Assembly (NCBI GenBank): GCA_964481075.1
Contig: CAYZSD010000052.1
Location: 1 to 20,834, forward strand
DNA length: 20,834 bases
Direction of reading: 5' to 3'
From: an uncultured Rikenellaceae bacterium
Lineage (GTDB): Bacteria > Bacteroidota > Bacteroidia > Bacteroidales > Tenuifilaceae
Position 1 is the stretch's first letter. Every line of letters starts with the position of its first letter. The notes under the pieces were generated by a model, which saw only the letters and a program-made list of their open reading frames with translations, did no database searches and was not told where the DNA came from. Positions 17,571 to 20,834 of the stretch are shown piece by piece. A program made the position numbers and the translations under genes.

Positions 17571-19934
17571 ATGAGACGTATTCTTTTAATATTCATTGCC
17601 TTCCTGCTCGCATCTTGCGGTGCAAGGGAAATCATTCCACATTATGCTAAGAAGTCCGAAATTGTTGGTTTGGCCACTGCCATCCAGCTTGCCGGGGAGC
17701 GAACGGAGGTTATCCTTGACGATTACTTTATGAACGTCAACCTCATCGATTCGATAGCTGCACCAACGATGTTCGATGTGCTGCTTTCGTCCGATAAGAA
17801 AACAGTAAAACTTGTTGCAGCCAACGAAACCATTCCACCCCTTTCGGAGCTGAAAGTATGGGTTGATAATGCCTGCTATTCCTTGCTTTTGCGCAAAAGC
17901 AGAAAGCTACCTGTCAATTTCATCTATCAGTTTAAAGACAAACAGCCCAAGAGCGTTCAGCTTGCAGGACAAATAAACGACTGGAATCCAAGCAGAACCA
18001 ACCTTGAGTTGGTTGATGGAACATGGAAGACATCCCTTTGGCTTAACCCCGGAAAGTATCAGTATCAGGTTGTTGTGGATGGAAAATGGATGCTCGACCC
18101 CGATAATCCCGTTCAAGAGGATAATAATATTGGTGGTGTAAACTCGGTTCTGAAAGTTGGCGATTCCAATCCCGAATTGCTCCCGTTTATAGCACCCGAT
18201 GAGGCTAAAGGTAGAACGATTAGGATTGGTTTCAAAAATCAGGTGGATGAGCTCATCGTTTTCTGGCAGAACTATAAGCTGGCTGAAAATTTTGTAACAA
18301 TCGATGATACAGGTGCTACTATCATTATCCCTGCAAATGCCAACGGTTTAAAACGTTCCCATATTAGGGTATGGGCGTACAATAGTGAGGGTGAATCCAA
18401 CGATCTACTTATTCCACTTGAGGGTAGGAGAGTGGTTACGTCAACAGCACAGCTAAATCGCTCCGATTCTCATACCCAGATCATGTACTCTCTGATGATT
18501 GATAGGTTCAATAATGCTAGTAAGGAAAACGATTTTCCTGTTGATGACCCTGAAATTCACCCTAAAGCCAACTACTATGGCGGCGATATTCTTGGAGTTA
18601 CCCATAAAATTAAGGATGGCTACTTCGAGTCTCTAGGAATCAATACGATATGGATTTCACCCATTACCCAAAACCCATTAGGAGCCTTTGGAATGTACCC
18701 CGAACCCCGCACAAAGTTTTCGGGGTATCATGGCTACTGGCCCATATCTTCATCGAAGGTTGATTTTCGCTTTGGAACGTCCGATGAGGTGCATGAAATG
18801 CTTGCAGAGGCTCATGAACGTGGTATAAACATCATTCTCGACTACGTGGCAAACCATGTCCATCAGGAGCACCCACTCTATCAGAAGCACCCCGACTGGG
18901 TTACGCCTCTCTACCTGCCCGATGGAACGTTGAACACTGAAAAGTGGGATGAGCATCGCCTTACCACTTGGTTTGATACCTTTATGCCAACCCTGGACCT
19001 TGAACGCCCCGAAGTGTATGAACCCATGACCGATTCTGCCCTATTTTGGGTTACTGAGTATATGTTCGATGGCTTCCGCCACGATGCCACCAAGCATATT
19101 CCCGAGGTTTTCTGGCGTACCCTAACCCGCAAGATGAAAGAGAATATCTCTCACAACAGGCGAATCTATCAGATTGGGGAGACCTATGGAAGCCACGAAT
19201 TGATTTCGAGTTACATAGGAAGTGGTATGCTCGATGCACAGTTCGATTTCAACGTTCACGATGCTGCCACAGCTACATTTGCCAAGAAGGGTGTACCATT
19301 CACAAGCCTGCATAGCAGGCTAATTGAGGGTTTTAGCTACTATGGTTGGAATAACCTCATGGGAATCATCACTGGTAATCACGATAAGGCTCGTTTTATA
19401 TCCTATGCCGGTGGCGCACTTTCTTTTGATGAGGACGCCAAGCGTGCAGGTTGGACTAGAGAAATTGGTGTGGGCGATCCCATTGGCTATAAGAAGCTGC
19501 AAATGCTTAACGCATTCATTCTGACTATTCCCGGCGTTCCAACCATCTATCAGGGTGATGAGTTTGGACAACCCGGTGGCAACGACCCTGACAACCGCAA
19601 GATGATGCAGTTTGACGACCTTGAACCGCTTGAAAAAGAAACCATTGAAGTCACCAAGAAGCTTGCCAATCTTCGTAGAAACAATATGGCACTGAACTAT
19701 GGTACCTTTGAGCCTCTGTTGGTAAAAGAAAATATCTACGTATTTGTCCGTCGATACTTCGATAACCACATTCTTGTGGTATTCAATAACTCAGAAAACG
19801 ATATTGAAATCGAAGTAAATTTACCTGATTTGTTTAATCAGAATTTAAGTAGTTCTTTCAATTCTGACTTCAAAATTCAGTCGAACACCATTAAAATTGG
19901 CTTAAAACCCTTCTCCTTTGATATATTTATTTAG
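17571..19934 (+). CDS. GH13 alpha-amylase family lipoprotein with N-terminal CBM48/AMPK-like glycan-binding domain
   Basis: 787 aa; lipobox 'FLLASC'; 'KSVQLAGQINDWNPSRTNLELVDGTWKTSLWLNPGKYQYQVVVDGKWMLDPDNP' (CBM48-like); 'FDGFRHDATKH', 'YQIGETYG', 'ITGNHDKARF' supply the GH13 catalytic triad. Confidence 0.9.
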   Translation: MRRILLIFIAFLLASCGAREIIPHYAKKSEIVGLATAIQLAGERTEVILDDYFMNVNLIDSIAAPTMFDVLLSSDKKTVKLVAANETIPPLSELKVWVDNACYSLLLRKSRKLPVNFIYQFKDKQPKSVQLAGQINDWNPSRTNLELVDGTWKTSLWLNPGKYQYQVVVDGKWMLDPDNPVQEDNNIGGVNSVLKVGDSNPELLPFIAPDEAKGRTIRIGFKNQVDELIVFWQNYKLAENFVTIDDTGATIIIPANANGLKRSHIRVWAYNSEGESNDLLIPLEGRRVVTSTAQLNRSDSHTQIMYSLMIDRFNNASKENDFPVDDPEIHPKANYYGGDILGVTHKIKDGYFESLGINTIWISPITQNPLGAFGMYPEPRTKFSGYHGYWPISSSKVDFRFGTSDEVHEMLAEAHERGINIILDYVANHVHQEHPLYQKHPDWVTPLYLPDGTLNTEKWDEHRLTTWFDTFMPTLDLERPEVYEPMTDSALFWVTEYMFDGFRHDATKHIPEVFWRTLTRKMKENISHNRRIYQIGETYGSHELISSYIGSGMLDAQFDFNVHDAATATFAKKGVPFTSLHSRLIEGFSYYGWNNLMGIITGNHDKARFISYAGGALSFDEDAKRAGWTREIGVGDPIGYKKLQMLNAFILTIPGVPTIYQGDEFGQPGGNDPDNRKMMQFDDLEPLEKETIEVTKKLANLRRNNMALNYGTFEPLLVKENIYVFVRRYFDNHILVVFNNSENDIEIEVNLPDLFNQNLSSSFNSDFKIQSNTIKIGLKPFSFDIFI

Positions 19935-20024
19935 AAGGATACTTTTCTTAGCTATTTCAGTATGCTAGTAAACAGAAAGAGGCTGTTAAAAAAGTCTTTT
20001 CTATCTGATTTTCATCACTTTGTC

Positions 20025-20075
20025 ACCCTTAATCCCTGAAGCCTGCGTACCGTAGGCAGGCTTTAGGGTAGGGGT
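20025..20075. repeat. long imperfect hairpin element between convergent genes
   Basis: Arms CCCTGAAGCCTGC (20034-20046) and GCAGGCTTTAGGG (20056-20068), 13 bp with one G-T pair, extended by ACCC (20025-20028)/GGGT (20072-20075); flanked by direct repeats CTGATTTTCA at 20005-20014 and 20080-20089. Confidence 0.65.
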
Positions 20076-20135
20076 AAACCTGATTTTCAAACTTATCCCT
20101 TCACATTAGACTTTATAGACAGACTCCTTCAACTA

Positions 20136-20834
20136 TTAGTTTAATCCTTGTAGTTGCGAGAAAGCATTGTAAAGCTTAATCTCCCATTCACCTGGCTGAT
20201 TAATGATTATTTCAAATCTAACCTTTGTTGACATACCTTTTGATGTGATGGTATAGGTTATCTTTACATTAGCAGGAAATGTAACGCCTTCATATCCATG
20301 CGCTTGACCTGTTGTAATCCAAGATCCACTGTCAAGTTGAAAAATATAATCGCTTGGGGGTGACGAAACTGAACCTTTATCGTAATATGTAATCAAAATT
20401 TTGTCTCCATCTCCTACACGCTTAATAGTGTATCGATCAAGGTTATTGATGTGCCCCCTGGTGTAGGGTGCAATTTTCTCTTCCTTAAGGTATTCATTGT
20501 TTTTCCATATACCAGTAAGTTCTAATTTTTGCCCATCTTTCCGGTAGGAAAAAGTCCCTTTCCCATGCCGCATCCCGTTTTTCCAATTACCCTCGTACTT
20601 ATCGCCATTTGCCCATTTATAGGTACCCTTACCGTGTGGAAGACCATTCTTGAAATTACCAACATATTCATCTACACCTCTAGCGGTAGCCTTTCCATTT
20701 GCAAGCCCCTTTTTACAAGGACCATAGTATTCACTGGAAATACTTTCTAGTAAAACCTTGCAATCTTGGGCTTCAGAAATTAGATGAAGTGAGGTGAATG
20801 CAAGCACAATCATAAGTTGTATTAGTTTTTTCAT
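20136..20834 (-). CDS. secreted MORN-repeat protein
   Basis: 232 aa; signal peptide ending near 'SEAQ'; MORN repeats 'YVGNFKNGLPHGKGTYKWANGDKYEGNWKNGMRHGKGTFSY'; C-terminal region of unrecognised family. Confidence 0.85.
   Translation of the reverse strand: MKKLIQLMIVLAFTSLHLISEAQDCKVLLESISSEYYGPCKKGLANGKATARGVDEYVGNFKNGLPHGKGTYKWANGDKYEGNWKNGMRHGKGTFSYRKDGQKLELTGIWKNNEYLKEEKIAPYTRGHINNLDRYTIKRVGDGDKILITYYDKGSVSSPPSDYIFQLDSGSWITTGQAHGYEGVTFPANVKITYTITSKGMSTKVRFEIIINQPGEWEIKLYNAFSQLQGLN

Overview
The window is Bacteroidetes-type DNA dominated by a starch/maltodextrin utilization locus (PUL). On the minus strand is an operon-like susC (4579-7530) - susD (3068-4579) - SusE/F-like lipoprotein (1513-2988). 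Divergent on the plus strand are a LacI-family regulator (7837-8856), a small unknown lipoprotein (8881-9471), an MFS/GPH-type sugar transporter (9682-11214), a GH65 maltose-phosphorylase-like enzyme (11285-13600), a class II fructose-bisphosphate aldolase (13688-14752), a YefM/YoeB toxin-antitoxin pair (14898-15411) and two GH13 alpha-amylase-family proteins (15435-17285, 17571-19934). Flanking genes are a SAM methyltransferase (132-1037) and a secreted MORN-repeat protein (20136-20834, minus). The protein set is mostly conventional and I see no clearly new biochemical system. The most interesting signals are non-coding: (1) phased CAATCG / ACAATCGATTGT operator-like elements in the susC-lacI divergent region, (2) a perfect 16+16 bp palindrome around a Bacteroidetes -7-like box ahead of yefM-yoeB, which sits inside the PUL directly upstream of a GH13 gene, (3) a cluster of 16-bp tandem repeats and small hairpins between the two GH13 genes, (4) a hairpin element with 10-bp flanking direct repeats between convergent genes at about 20.0 kb, and (5) a short in-frame remnant resembling the C-terminal end of a type IX secretion sorting domain at 1319-1423. 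All assignments come from reading the sequence and motif recognition; no database search was run.
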